Source: Eutreptiella sp. 'Long Island Sound 2002'
Taxonomy: Eukaryota > Protista > Euglenida
DNA length: 64,000 nucleotides
NCBI GenBank assembly: GCA_964036045.1
Contig: OZ038378.1
Coordinates: 167,028,001-167,092,000 of the forward strand
Reading direction: 5' to 3'
Shown: piece after piece, positions 12,447-23,060 of the stretch
Position numbering within the stretch: the stretch's first letter is position 1
Layout: the number at the start of each line of letters is the position of its first letter
The notes under the pieces: generated by a model
The model's database searches: none
Seen by the model: only the letters and a program-made list of their open reading frames with translations
What the model was told of the DNA's origin: nothing
Made by a program: the position numbers and the translations under genes

Positions 12447-12729
12447 GCAAAAGATGCCCAGATGGATGTTGAAACGTGAAAACGAGTTCATCGTTGTGGA
12501 GGAGAAGCGTATCGCCAGCCCCCTGTACGTGAACTTGGCCATGCGGTCCTTTGACACCGTCAAAAGCGGGGACTCTGACTGTCAGGCGGTATCTTTCGTC
12601 CTCCAAATGCTGTACAGAGGGCTCAGTATGTTTTTCCGGGCCATCCATCCGGTGTTCTTCGACCACCGGATGCCTCGAGGCCTCGAGCTAATTTGGCCCG
12701 TCTGGCGCCGAGCCATTGAATTCGGCTGA
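12447..12729 (+). CDS. Probable terminal exon of an unidentified gene (…PRWMLKRENEFIVVEEKRIASPLYVNLAMRSFD…RRAIEFG*)
   Basis: ttgtag| acceptor, strongly GC3-biased codons on the + strand, TGA stop. Upstream exons probably lie in 11.4-11.9 kb but are not resolved. Confidence 0.55.
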
Positions 12730-14467
12730 ACGAATCATCTGCTGTGCAACCGGTCTTCAGCCGCAGCGCCTTCACCGACAGCTTTTGTCTTTTCTTTTTT
12801 TTTTTTCCCTCAGGCGCCCCGGGAGGCAGCAGTCGCCATCCCATGAGTGACCAGTAGTCAGCGGCAGTTTGGCTGCCAAAGGAATGGATGAATGCCAATG
12901 AACATTAGCACGCTACCGCCGGAACCTCCGACATACGTCGGGGCTCCTCGGTAGCGCATCGTGATGCGGGGTGGGGCTGGCGCGGTGGTCTGCTTGGCGT
13001 TGGTTCCTCCTGGCAGCGTGTGTTGTAGAGCTGCAGCTGGTGCTGGCCCAACGCCCATTGGTTGCCTACGGATTGCCAACGCACGGATCACCAACGCCCG
13101 CTATCTGCGCCATCAAATTGTTGATAAACGTTGCACCAAGTTTCCTCTTTTTTTGCTTTACCTATGTTCCGCTCATGTCGCTTACTGCGGCGCGCGTGCG
13201 CAAGAGACGCACAGTGCAGTATTCAATGAGACCGTATTCCACGAGGACATCGCAGTCTCCCGGCCAATGGGCGGGAGATAATTGAAACTCGTCCTGGTCT
13301 GTCCTCTGATGTCGAAGGGGCATGTCACGCATGCAGACGCAACACAACGTCTGGATTTTTCTGTCCGAACAGGCACTTTGTCTGAGGTGCCCTCTGGTCG
13401 CTTGGGACGTCCCCATTTTGTGTTTATAAAGTGAGGGGCCTCTTTAAAGGGGAAGGGGGGGGCAGGGGAGTGGTGTGGCATCGTTTTGGGGGCAAATGGT
13501 GAGCTATGTTCCGGGCAGCCCTTGACCCCTTCCCGTCCACAGGCTGATGGTGCGGACTAGTCGTCTGCACACAGCGCAAACGTGTGACACACTCTCTCTT
13601 TTGTTTTGGTGCTTCCCCCCCGGTTCTGCCACACTTCCACCATCGCTCCCATTTGCGCAGACTCTTGTCCACACAACACTCCGTGGCCGTTGCTTCTGTC
13701 GTTCTTTGAATCTTTGTTGCGCTTCCGGCATTTGGTTGGGATGGGGATTGGTATCCTGGGGTCAGGGCACACCTTGATTGCTTGGAATGCGATTGGTTTG
13801 CTGTTCAGTGCACCTGAGATGCCTGGTAGTCTGTGGCACGGCAATGCCCAAGACCACTGTGTACCCACCACCAGTGGGTCTGTTTGCCGCACCACCCTCC
13901 GGCCCTCGCACAAACAACAATACAGTGCACTGTACATACCCAACGTCAAGGAGTCCGCCTCTTCGCACATCTCTGGTACAATAGAACTATGATATGCCGG
14001 TGGCCGTTTGGCCGACCCCCAAAAGAACGGTGGCAAAGCAGTCATTTTGCCTGCTTTGCACCCTCACATCCAGAACTGGAAGCACCAAAAGTGAACCGAG
14101 AAGAAGTCCTGCAATTTTGAGCCCCAACAACAAAGAGCCTTTGTGGGCCAATATAAGTGTTGGCATGACACGGCTCCTGTTAAGGGGCGAATGTCAGCCA
14201 TCCAACTGTTTTCACAGTTGCGCTGGAGGCGGATGCAGAACATGACCAGCACCACTGACCGACATTGTACCACGATGACTTCCTACGGGCGACTGTAGCT
14301 CCGCAGGACCAGTGTTGTAAATGATCTGTTCCTTGTTAGCCCCTTTTGTCTTTGCCTTTGCGGATGTGCTGCCTACAGGGGGGACCGGGTGTGCAAAATT
14401 TTTGGCGCAGCACTGATGATTATTGACCCTGCCCCTTAAATGTACCGGATTAGCCACAGATCAACCT

Positions 14468-14577
14468 CTCTCTACCTACCCATGCCTTAGCCTCCAGCAC
14501 GCACATGCACAGCAGTTCTCTGTACCTACCCATGCCTTAGCCTCCAGCACGCACATGCACAGCAGCTCTCTCTACCT
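14468..14577. repeat. 50-bp tandem repeat, ~2.2 copies
   Basis: tctacctacccatgccttagcctccagcacgcacatgcacagcag recurs at a 50-nt period (14471 and 14521). Confidence 0.9.
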
Positions 14578-16088
14578 GACCAGTGTGTCGAAGTCCTCGA
14601 TGGGCAGCAGGTGCCGCCCAACGGATTACAGAAGCCATGCAATTGCGCTGGTTGATGCTGGGACACCACATGCACCCTCTTGGCCAGTTTCAGCGGTTGC
14701 TGGCGCCCATATGTGCAGCAGCCAATGGGAGACACTCACTCCGACCAGATATGACTCGATTGCAATGGCAATGGGAGTGTACCCAGGAAGCATGCTGCAG
14801 CCACGAAAGAGCAGTGAGATGCCCCGGTCTCCACAAAGTCTGCTTGTCATACAACAGCGGAACTTCAATGTATTGTACGTATCGGCGTTTGGACCGAGCT
14901 ACTCTCGATAGCTCACGCAGGCCCAGGCCACGCCAGACTGCCAAACAACAGGATGCAGGGCGTTTGCCTGCGGCCACTGCCGTAGAGGCGGTACCTGCTG
15001 CCCAGGAAGCTCGACACGATTCTACTCAGCCATGTAATATGCCATTCCCCCCCCAACAGAAGTCCTGCAACATTTGGCACCATGTGTTCGGGGTTATTAA
15101 CAAATGAGTTTATTAAGAAGGCAGGCCCTTTGCTCAGTGCACTGGTGCATTACCACTAGATGGCGGTGCATGGTTGTCTGCGCTTCATGTTGATGGTTCT
15201 CAAGAGAAGCATGACAGCATATGGCAGCCGTCACTGACCCGCTCAGCTGCTGGGTGCCCATGTGTTGTACATACTTATTGCATCAACGTATACAGGGTCC
15301 TGCCGAGCACACTCAGTGACACGTTGAGCGTCAGGAAAAATTAATGAATGAGTTTATGAAGAAGGTTATCAACGACGTCAGCCAAATGTCAGCTGGTGCC
15401 TCTTATCCGTTTGCGGTGCCACTGCAAACTGCAGTCCCGGTCCCCCTTGTTTTCTATCAAGTATAGGTATGGTGGTTGCCTACCACACCCTACAGTACTC
15501 TGCCCCCTGGAGTCACAAAATGTGACTTGTTGCCTCAGAGGCCTTTGTCAATGAGCTGCGGCATGGCCCCTTGTGCCCCCTGCATTGTGCAATGTGATGC
15601 CGATGATCCGATGCCACGTGATACAAATTGATGCCAATTTGTACTAGTCTGTTCACCCCAGTTCTTGGCGAGCGTGTTTGACCATCAGTCACAACAAAGC
15701 CACTGGACGTGGCGATTCCATTCAGTGCAGAGCCACAGTGGTGTGGCTGTTGGTGTATTTTTGTAAGCTTGAACTCGGTGCCTTTGGTGCCTTCCTATGA
15801 AGACACCACTGCAGCAACTGCCTCATCTCTTTGTCGGGGATGCCTTGGTTGGCCCTCCGAGTGACTTCGAATGACTCGCAACGGATAAAGGTCCAACGCA
15901 GCGACTCTCCTAGTGAGCGGTACCAATGTCGGTGTTGGGCTGTGAGTCTCCTGGTGCTGTTAGCGACCTCTGCTACCTCCCCTGCAGATCCGTTGCTGTT
16001 CAGTTGGAAAACAAAAACATCATTGTTTGAGCTTGTCAGAGAAAGGACGACCCATTCATGTCCATTTTGCTCAAAGTGCCTGCAGTAG

Positions 16089-17177
16089 GGGGGCGCCTTA
16101 AGCGCAGTGCGTGCACAGTCCATGCACAGTGCGGGCGCAGTGCAACTATTTGGGCGTCTAGCCGTACTGGAGACACGTACTTTGTGATTCTAGGGGCATC
16201 ATTGTTGCCCCTGGCGTAGGTTTTGATGCTTCTTCCACATTGGGGATATGGCATTTTCGGATTTTCACCCACTTTCACCCATTTGCACCCCTCTTCACAC
16301 TTTTTTGCTCACCTCCACCATGGACTCCCACACTCTGGTGTGGGCTCTTGAGTTTGGGTGACGGACTCCCCAGTTTTTGCCTGACCACAGTCGAATGCCC
16401 TATGTGAGGCTGCATCACTACTGATGAGGATGCGTGGTTGTACCACAAGTGGAAATCGAAGGTTGACATGGATTCCCTCTTGCAAGCCACTTTGCCCCTT
16501 GGTCCAGCAGAGGATGAGGTGGACACATACGAGGCTTTGGCACTAGCTGGTAGGGTGATTGAGCTTTCAAATGCCGCCACTCCAGAGCATTCTGATTTTG
16601 TATTTCGTTGACAATTGAACATACAAGAGGAACCCCCCCCCCCCCCGGTGTCCAACAAACACTTCCATTCGGACCGTATTAATTTGGGACCAAATTAATT
16701 AGGTACTTAATTAGGTACAGGGCTCCCAAACCGCGGTTTGTGGCTAAAGGTTTGGGAATTGAGGAGCTGTTGTGATGTATCTTGAAGTAATGGTTCTTCT
16801 ACTCTGAAAAGTGCCAATTGCAGGCCTCTGCCGCATTGTGCTTTGAATGGGCTGGGTATCATGTGCCTAGGGACGTGTCGCCGCCGTTTCACAATGTTGT
16901 CGCGCGCACCGAACGGCGTGTCCAACGAACACACCCGTTCAGACCGTATTAATTTGGGACCAAATTGTTCGTTGGACACGGGGGGGGGGGGGGGTGGCTT
17001 TCCGCATTTTGCATGATGTCTCATGTGAGGGGAAGGTAGCTTGCATTTGTCTTTAGCTAGGGTAGTTTTGGTGACCTAAATTTAGGGGCATTTGGAAGGG
17101 GTGTGCCTGGGGGTTCTTGAGGGAGGACGTAGTCTAAAAAGTAGTGCGCAGTGCGCGCGCAGTGCAAGGATTCCCCC
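16089..17177. mobile_element. Non-autonomous DNA-transposon-like element, family B copy 1, containing a nested element
   Basis: Termini GGGGGCGCCTTAAGCGCAGTGC ... GCAGTGCAAGGATTCCCCC. TSD TAG at 16086-16088 and 17178-17180. Both ends are shared with 21871-22610. Confidence 0.8.
16633..16994. mobile_element. Poly-C/poly-G-tipped MITE nested in the family B copy
   Basis: C14-GGTGTCCAACAAAC on the left, GTTCGTTGGACAC-G15 on the right (inverted). Subterminal direct repeat GACCGTATTAATTTGGGACCAAATT at ~16672 and ~16942. Confidence 0.75.
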
Positions 17178-19694
17178 TAGAGAGCTCCCGTAGGTTGTGG
17201 GTTTTCTTATGCTGACAGGTGTTCTTGTTTCAGGCGGAGGGTTACTCTTGAGCCCTCATTCAGACACCAGGTGCACTTGCCAAAAGAAAGCATAGCCCCC
17301 CCCCCCCCCCAACGCTATTGTAAAGACAAGCCAAGCCCCAGTGTGCATGGTTCATGACTAGCCGGCGCCCATGGGTGGTGGAGAGCTGACCCAGACAGCC
17401 CAGGAAACATTCGATAGCCGCCTCGTGTGGTGAACTCAAGGCAACATTTGGCACTGGTCTGGTTTGCGCTGCGGTGCAACAAGGCAAAACACTGCACAGA
17501 GGGAGTTGTGGCGATGACCATATGCCTGTGACACAGGGGTATATGCGAGCTCTGTATCCCTGGCTTCATGGCCCTTCGCTGACGCGCTCTTGTCCAAACA
17601 GGGCAACCCCGTGTATCGGCACTTTTGGGCCTTTTTTGGAACATGGCCTTTGCGGTTCGAATATTAGGGGAATGTGGTTTGTAGACTTGTGCAGGCTGCA
17701 GGAGCGGTCCATTTGGGTGTCAAAGTGTGGGTGTAGCTGCCATTACATGTGCTCTTGTGTTCTGGTGTGTGTGTTGGCCTAGTGGGCACCTTTTCGGACT
17801 CATCAACAACTCTCCTTTTCCAACGGGGCTCCCCGTCACATACCATGAGTCCACGAACAATGAGTTGTGTGCTCAAGTTTTGCGTCCCTCTACACAAGGT
17901 GAGCTGTTCATTCGCATTGTGTAGGAGCGCAATGGTCATGAACAAGAGCATGATGCACCCCTGGATCGTGTCGCTTCACCCTCACATGGGGAACCCTCAC
18001 TGCCTGGTTTGCCTGAGTGCGGTCCAAGCCTGTCCCTCTGCCGCCCCTGTTTCCGCACTTTTCAGCTTTTTTTGAAACCATGGTTTGCGTGGTTCCAATT
18101 TTAAAAGAATGTGTTTTCTTTGAGCAGGCTGCAACAGCGGTCCATTTGGGTGTCGAAAGTGTGAGTGTAAAAATTAAAGGACAGTGATGCCTTTTTCTAC
18201 GCCTGAGATGTCTCAGTTTGGGCATTGGATAGAAAGGCACGGAAAAGGCATGCGCTTCCATCGCAGATGATGAATTACGCTCAGCCATGCCAAAAGCCAT
18301 TTTCCTCAATGGAATGAAGTTGTCCAGGTCTTCAAGGCCCGGACAAGGTTGGCAAGGGGTTCTATTCGGTGCCTGTCAGTCAGAACGCCAGCAACTGAGT
18401 GATACCTGAGTCGTACAGATGAGGATGAATGCTTTGTATTGTTGTATCTTGAGGGGCAGGGTTAGCCTCTGTCTGCAACGTGTGTTCTGTGGTATGTGTC
18501 GTGCACCAACACACGCTTGTCCAAACACCGTGACCCACGTTTCTGCACTTTTACTGAGCCTGGCCCGTGTTAGGACAATGGTAGAGAGCGATGGTGTCAA
18601 CAGATCAATGTGCACAGAATTTTTTGTTCTAGTGTGTATTTTTGGACAGCGTACACTAAAGCTAATTACCCTTATCCTGCGGCGCCTGCGGCGCATAGTA
18701 AGCGCTCCCGATGCATTCTATACTTCCTCCAACCAAGATAATTTGGCTGCTGTATGATCCTGAGGGGGGGCCAGGGGGGGGAAGTTCAGGAAACGCTTCT
18801 TTCCACTCAATTCATCTCCATTGGGCCCAACTCTCCCCTGTTCCCCGTGATACACTGTGGAACGCTTGTCCTCCAGCACCTGCTGTGCACCTGTGCATCA
18901 TACGAAAGCCTTCTCAGAAGATCTTTGTGTGGCATTGGAGGATTGGAGAGCTGGGGACAGCAGGACCCATACCACACGAGCGTGCACTTTGTGCCTAACG
19001 GGGACACACATGTGACCACAACAACGAAACGCTAAGGGCAGGTTCAGTTTCGGTTCCGACCTCTTGCTCTACTTGTTTGGCTCATCGCTGGGAGGTGGTG
19101 GTAGGGAGGATTGATGGTCCCTCAGAACGCGGTGATGTCTCTGGCTATCACATGGCAGCAGTCAGGTGAAAGTCTGCACCATCGTTGTGCGCCAATCGAG
19201 CACCTCAGACCAATCCGTGTGTGTTCCCCGCACGACGCGAGGCCCTGAGGCCCCTTCAGCGAGCCGTGCAGAAGCCTAAGCAGAGGATCAACGGCCACAC
19301 TCCAAACCACCCTCAGCACTTTTCTGGAGCCCTGTGAACACCCCCGCCCAGAGGGACATGGCGATCTACTTGACCGGGTCTTGGCCATTGCTGCCACTAC
19401 CTGAACTGCGCCTGACCTTTCCGTCAAATTTTCGGACTTTAATGGTGTTCTCGCATGGGTTGAATAAGCAGCGGCGCATATGGTGATGCAGTTCCGTGTG
19501 CACAGCCCATGGCCGTGATGGTTCTATTTGAGATGCGCCCTTTGCCCTGGGGGCGGGGGGGGCGCATAAATTCGGCAAGGGAAATTTGCATACAGAAAAA
19601 GTTCCGTGGAACAAATTCTTGTGTAATATTTTCATCCTTTTTCAAGGAAGTTGTGCGGTTTTTTCCTGGCTGTGCAGGATTCTACAAAGCAGTA

Positions 19695-20214
19695 CCCCCC
19701 CCCCCCCCCTGTAATAGCCATGCCCTTGTCCAAGCTACAGTAGGCGTAGGGACCGTATTCATTTGGTACCTAATTTTAATTCGGGACCAAATTTAGTGCA
19801 GCCACATAAGAAATGGGTTTGGTGACGAATTTGCCAGTTACATAGGGTCATGGACAGGGCAATTTCATTCCCAGAACTTGAAGTTGCCTGAGCCCAAACC
19901 AGCCCCTAAACCTGGGGCAAAGGTGTATGATCGCAAGAAGGGTTTCCAAACTGAACATTTGTAGGCTTCTTGTGCCTCATTGCTTGTAGGAATATGGGTG
20001 TGAACCTGAAGTTTCATGTTTCAAACACTTTCTTGTGTCTACATGCCTTTGGCAATGTGGGCAGAGGTTAAGGTGCACTCATACCATGCACTCACTCACG
20101 TGTGTGTTGGTACTTGTATGTGTTGCGCACAAGCCTGGTCCTTGTCTAAGCTACAGTAGGCGTAGAGATCGTATTGATTTGGTAATTTTGCGTAGCTTTT
20201 ACAAGGGGGGGGGG
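19695..20214. mobile_element. Poly-C/poly-G-tipped MITE related to the 16633 element
   Basis: C15-TGTAATAGC ... GCTTTTACAA-G10 inverted termini. Subterminal direct repeat ttgtc(c/t)aagctacagtaggcgtag(g/a)ga(c/t)cgtatt(c/g)atttggta at ~19726 and ~20141. Confidence 0.7.
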
Positions 20215-21870
20215 ACTTTTCATCCGCACCCAAGCAGCACTGGTGTGTACCTCTGTGGCATTTCAGTCCCAAATTCTGTATGTTGTCAATCAGAGCTGTC
20301 GTACACTTTGTGCTGCTCTGTACTCCAGCCACACTAGTTTCCACTGCTTTGTGCTGTATAGCAAATTTGCCTCTTCTTTGCACTTCTCATACAACGGCTT
20401 TGATTCCATCTGCATTTGCCTTCTCTGCTTCTGTTACAATTTGGCCTTGAACCTCAATCCCTGACAGGCATCAAGTGGCCCGTTGCATGGATGGATTTGA
20501 GTGGTCAGATTGGTTCACCAATTTATTTACCAGGGTGCGGGGTCACTGGAGTTTGGGGGTAGTTTGGACGAATCTGCATGCCTTGGTACATGAGGTGCAC
20601 GGATGGGCGGTGGGGGCAGAGGTTCGCCCGCAACATGCGCATGGAAAGTGGGTTGGCATGCACAAGAAGCACCGGGGGGTGGTGGTGGTTCGGTGCAGAC
20701 AAGGTGCACAAGGGGGGTTGGCGCACGAGGTGTGCGGGGTGGTGTGCCCTCCCCCCCCCCCCCCCCTGCAATGCCCCCCCCCGGGGGGGGGGGGGGGTCA
20801 CTTCACTGTTTTGCTAGCCAATATCTATTGCGGTGGTTTGTGTTCCCATCTGTCACACACACGTTCTTGCATTGCTTTCCCATTACTTCGAATCAGTCAC
20901 CTGTGTGTATTCTGTGATATTCTCTCTCCAAAGGTGGTGTACAGGGTGTTGTGTCCCTTTTTCAGACCCAAGATGTTTTCTCCCGGTGACCGTGTATGGG
21001 ACCACTCACGCACAGTTGGTGCACATGTGTTGGCCACTGTTGTGGGGCCTTGAAATACCCTTGCAATCCCCCCCCCCCCCCAAGGGGGAGACCCTCACTG
21101 GGCGACCGTCGCGCCCCCCTGGGGGGGGGCAGGGTAGTTGGTGCAGGAGAGTTAGCGTTGGGGTCAACGTTAGGGTTGGGTTCACTGAGTTGGTGGAACC
21201 AGTAAGGATTTGTAACCCTCTTTAGGGTGTAGGGTGGAGCTGCCCAGCATCAGTTGGTGGTGCTTGGCTTGATTCGCTTTTAAGTTAGACTGCCCCAATG
21301 GAGGCTGCTGCTCCAATCGAGGCCACCCAAGGGCTGATATTGAGTTTTTCGGGGAAAACCTTTGAAACTTGGTGCCAATGCCCATAGCACTTTCCCAATT
21401 GTCCCTGTCAAGGATGGACAGAATTGGCCTCGGAGATGATCTTTTGTGGTTCCTTTCACTCGCACCTTGTTTCAATGTGTTTGAATGCCATACATTGCTG
21501 TGGGCACCTTGTGGTGATGAATAATGACGAATAGAAACATTTGCAACTGTTTCAACACGACCAACACGCTTCAATACCCCATTGGAACTGAGGAATGGTG
21601 CACCACACATGCACTCGGGTAGGGCAGCAAGGTTGACATATGGGTCAATTAGTGGTCCAAAATGATTGTTTCCAAAGTTGTTCATAGACCACTTTTGCTT
21701 CATAAACATATGGTTTTAGGCTGTTTCGGGCTGTTTTCTAAAGGCCTTGAAAAGGGGCATTTTAGGGCCGAAAAAGGTTCTAAAGGGGTTCAAAGGCACA
21801 TTTCGAAACTGAACCTAGATCGTGTAGGACACTAAAACAAGTGGCATTGAAATAATTTTCGGCTATTTAT

Positions 21871-22610
21871 GGGGGCGCCTTAAGCGCAGTGCGCGTGCAG
21901 TGCAACTATTTGGGCGTTTGGCCGTACTGGAGACCCATGCTTTGAGATCATAGGGGCATCATTGTTACCTTGTTGCGTAGATTTTGATGCTTTTTTCACA
22001 TTGGGGATATAGCATTTTTGGATTTTCACCCAATTTCACCCATTTCCACCCTTTTTCACACTTTATTTGTATTTGCAAGGGCTATTTGGACCATGTCTTT
22101 GTGCAGGATACGACCCATCTCTTTGAATTGTGGTGTGCCTATGATTCCAAGCCAAGTCGCATTCGAATTCGCCATCAAATTCTTGTCCGGCCGGTCGTAT
22201 CAACTTACCAGGGTTGATGTGGCTGGTGAAGCAAAAGACCCGCCAGAGGGTGAGTAGTTCAACTCCGAATAATCTCGTAGCGGAAATTGCCTCCGCGGGG
22301 CTGTCTCCACAACGGTTGTCGTATTATGTCGACAAAGGTTTCGATGCACATACGAAAGGAGGTACCCCCGGCCGCCTCCCCCTCTATGTTAGAGGGTGTT
22401 GAGGGTGGCAACCAATACGCTGTTCATGGCTTTTCCAGATGTGCATGATGTGTGTCATGTGAAGGGAAGATAGTTTGCAACTTTCTTGAGCTGGTGCAGT
22501 TTGGGTCACCTAATTCTAAGGGTGATTCCAAGGGGTTTGCCTGGGGGCTCTTCGGGGGGAACATAGTCTAAAAGTAGCGCGCGGTGCGCGCGCAGTGCAA
22601 GGATTCCCCC
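21871..22610. mobile_element. Family B copy 2
   Basis: Same left (~200 bp) and right (~110-190 bp) ends as 16089-17177. TSD TAT at 21868-21870 and 22611-22613. The central segment is unrelated to copy 1. Confidence 0.8.
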
Positions 22611-22659
22611 TATGAGCCATTTTTGCTTGCACAAATGTACAACCACCAAGATCCTAGAG

Positions 22660-23060
22660 GACGGGTCCTTTAGTCGGAGCAAGGGAGGTAAGTTGTGATA
22701 AGGACCTTTGACAAGCGATCTTGTGAAAGGATGCAATAGCCCGCTAAAAGAACCCTACAAGATCCCCTTGAAAGACCACGGTGAAGGATCACCCCATTGA
22801 ACCCTCAATGGACCCCTTTAAAGAAGCCCCATGAAGGACTACCCGAAAAAAATCGTGTCATGGACCCCGTTGAAGGACCCGCCAAAGGATCTTGCTACAA
22901 AAGCCCTTGAAGAACCCCCAAACAACCCTGCAAAAGCAGCCGTGCAAAAGACACCATTGAAGGACACTGTGAACAGCCCTAGTGCGGGACCCTAGTGAAG
23001 GGCCTCTCTAATCCTGTAAAGGATCCCCTAAAGGACCACACCACAAGACCCCCGTGTAGG
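22660..23060. repeat. Degenerate minisatellite built on a (t)gaaggacccc-like unit
   Basis: Many diverged aaggaccc / gaaggatcc / gaagaaccc units at roughly 12-25-nt spacing. Confidence 0.6.

Noticed and set aside
12313-12666. Minus-strand ORF with a superficial HSP20-like look
   Set aside because: Codon bias and splice signals favour the + strand exon. This is likely its antisense shadow.
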